From: Nitrospirota bacterium
GTDB taxonomy: Bacteria > Nitrospirota > Thermodesulfovibrionia > Thermodesulfovibrionales > JdFR-86
Length of the DNA: 64,000 nt
Direction: 5' to 3'
Assembly: GCA_963721805.1 (NCBI GenBank)
Contig: CAVRJY010000001.1
Span: forward strand, 1 to 64,000
The notes below the pieces were generated by a model. The model worked only from the letters and a program-made list of their open reading frames with translations. It did not search any database and was not told the DNA's origin. The position numbers and the translations under genes are program-made. Below, piece after piece: positions 62,041-64,000 of this stretch; position 1 is the stretch's first letter; each line of letters begins with the position of its first letter.

Positions 62041-63085
62041 CTATTGGTGCTGCTCGAAGATCTCCTCAAATACCGGCGCGATCTCCTTAAACGCCCTGAG
62101 CACGGCGGGGTCGAAGTGCTCAGGCATCGTCCTGCCGTCGCCCACGGTTATGATCCTCAGCGCCTTGTCATGGTCATAGGCCGGTTTATAGGGCCTGGCT
62201 GCACCTAAGCGCGTCATACTGATCGACGAGCATGACGATCCTCCCCTCAAGCGGGATCCTCTCCCCGCGCAGCCCCCGCGGGTATCCGCCGCCGCCCCAG
62301 CGCTCGTGGTGGTTCAGCGCTATCGAGGCGGTCATCTGGATGCGGGGATAGGCCGAGCCCGCCAGTATCTTTTCCCCTATCGTGGGGTGAGTCCTCATGA
62401 TCTCGGTTTCGACCCTGTTGAGCGGCCCGGGCTTGAGCAGTATGTTGTCGGGTATGCCTATCTTGCCTATGTCATGCAGCGGGCTTGCGAAGGTTATCGT
62501 CTCGATGAAGTCCGCCGGCATCTCCATCGCCTCCGCGATCTTGTTGGAATAAAACCCTATCCGCGATATATGCGCCCCGGTGTCCGTGTCCCTGAACTCC
62601 GCGGCCACGGTCAGTTTGCGCACCATCTCGTTGCTCATGTTCCAAAGTTCCAGGGTCCTCTCGCGGACCTGCCGCTCCAGTATCTGGTTGTGCGAGAGCA
62701 TGAAGTCCTCGAACGCCTTGATCTTAAGGAGGTTTCTGACGCGGATCATCAGCTCGGTCTGGTCTATCGGCTTTGAGAGGAAATCGTTGGCCGAGACCGA
62801 GAGGCCTTTTATCTTGGACTCCCTGTCGTTAAGCGCGGTCACCATGATTACCGGTATATTTTTCGTGTCCGGGTCTTCCCTGATGAGCCTGCACGCCTCG
62901 AAGCCGTCCATGACCGGCATCATGATATCGAGGATTATCAGGTCGGGCAAGAAGTCCCTTGCCTTCCGGACCGCATCGGCTCCATTGTCCGCTATGTCTA
63001 TATCATATCCAAGAGGCGCCAGCCAGGCGATGAGCATCCTGAGGTTGGGTTTCTCGTCGTCCACGATCAGGATCTTCTCTGTCAT
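62041..63085 (-). CDS. REC + HD-GYP cyclic di-GMP phosphodiesterase (RpfG-like), frameshift near 62200
   Basis: [24 protein letters not shown] and HFDP in the shifted frame. Confidence 0.9.
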
Positions 63086-64000
63086 CTGTCGAGGATCTCC
63101 CTGACCCTTCTGAGGAAGTCCTTCGGCCTGATCGGCTTGCTGATGAAATCGAAGCCCGCGTCCGTCAGCTCGTGTATCTTGTCCGTGCCCATCGAATACC
63201 CGCTCGTAAAGAGGATTTTCGTCCGGGGGCTTGCACCCCTTATGATCTCTCCGGCCTCCCTGCCGCCCTTCCTGGGCATGATGACGTCGAGCACCACAAG
63301 GGCGATCCTGTCGCGGTTCTCCATGAATTTCGAGACCGCGTCCTGCCCGTCCTCGGCCGCAATGACGCTGTAGCCGAAGGACTCCAGGACAGTCTTGGTG
63401 AACTTCCGCATCGAGGCGTCGTCTTCCGCGATGAGTATCGTCTCGGAGCCGCCCTCGGGGGAATGCGTCTCGGCTGAAACAGCCTTTTCCGCTTCAGCGG
63501 CCTCGATGACCGGCAGCCAGATCTTAAACGTGGTGCCCCTGCCCGGTTCGCTGTAGACCTTGATATACCCGTTGTGCTGTTTTATTATGCCGTATGCTAT
63601 AGAGAGCCCCAGCCCCGTGCCCTTCCCGGCCTCCTTGGTCGTGAAGTAGGGGTCGAATATCCTCTCCTGTCGCTCTTTCTCTATGCCGACGCCGGTGTCC
63701 GTCACCGAGATGACCGCATAATCGCCCGGCACGCCATAGCCGGAGGCCTCGATAAACCCGGCGTCCATCGTCCTGAGCTCGGTGCTGATCGTCAGGGTCC
63801 CGCCGCCGGGCATCGCGTCGCGGGCGTTCGTCGCGAGGTTTACGAGCACCTGCTCCATCTGGCCTAGGTCGGCCATCACCATGGCCTGCGAGCCCATGAG
63901 GTCCGTAACGAGGCTGATGTCCTCCCCTATGATCCGCGAGAGCATCTTCGCGATGTTGGCCACCATCTCGTTTATGTCCAGGGGCTTGAATTCCGCATGC
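63082..64000 (-). CDS. Hybrid sensor kinase, C-terminal part (HATPase + REC), truncated by the window edge
   Basis: NLATNARDAM, DTGVG, PYFTTK, GTGLGL, REC; ATGA overlap with the HD-GYP gene. Confidence 0.9.
   Translation of the reverse strand, partial: HAEFKPLDINEMVANIAKMLSRIIGEDISLVTDLMGSQAMVMADLGQMEQVLVNLATNARDAMPGGGTLTISTELRTMDAGFIEASGYGVPGDYAVISVTDTGVGIEKERQERIFDPYFTTKEAGKGTGLGLSIAYGIIKQHNGYIKVYSEPGRGTTFKIWLPVIEAAEAEKAVSAETHSPEGGSETILIAEDDASMRKFTKTVLESFGYSVIAAEDGQDAVSKFMENRDRIALVVLDVIMPRKGGREAGEIIRGASPRTKILFTSGYSMGTDKIHELTDAGFDFISKPIRPKDFLRRVREILDR

Overview
GC-rich bacterial chromosome segment. Gene content and order suggest a Nitrospirota/Desulfobacterota-like organism (inference only). 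It looks like an unpolished long-read assembly, because about 14 genes carry single-base frameshifts, including hemB, ribF and trpF. The core content is tRNA-Ile2(CAU), a zinc-ribbon protein, RNase HI, queC/queF, hemB, trpC/trpF, a feoB-DtxR/FeoA-fur operon with a Fur box, a chemotaxis cluster, purH(N-terminal domain only)-purD-purE, mscL, tsaC, coaE-ribF, two MotAB stator pairs, PBP1A, a Cu ATPase and several PAS kinases. Accessory content is a MauJ/HEPN gene, two toxin-antitoxin-type pairs, an NgoMIV-like restriction-modification (R-M) system with Vsr, and an IS200 element. Most notable: (1) A family of about 12 dispersed, directional 125-190 bp rod-hairpin elements with covarying stems, a GTAC-N6-GTAC apex, swappable mini-hairpin modules and a GGTCAACGGCAT tail. 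They occur as inward-facing pairs that are either empty or bracket the AT-richer accessory genes. (2) A second two-copy element with near-identically spaced CATCCGAAC repeats. (3) A KamA + two ATP-grasp ligase + GNAT operon of unknown product. (4) CheW-CheZ and CoaE-RibF fusions. (5) An RNase HI ending in a sliding-clamp-like motif. (6) A ZraP/Spy-like protein with a 13-Cys tail under a four-fold 11-bp operator. All family assignments come from motif recognition by eye; no searches were run.
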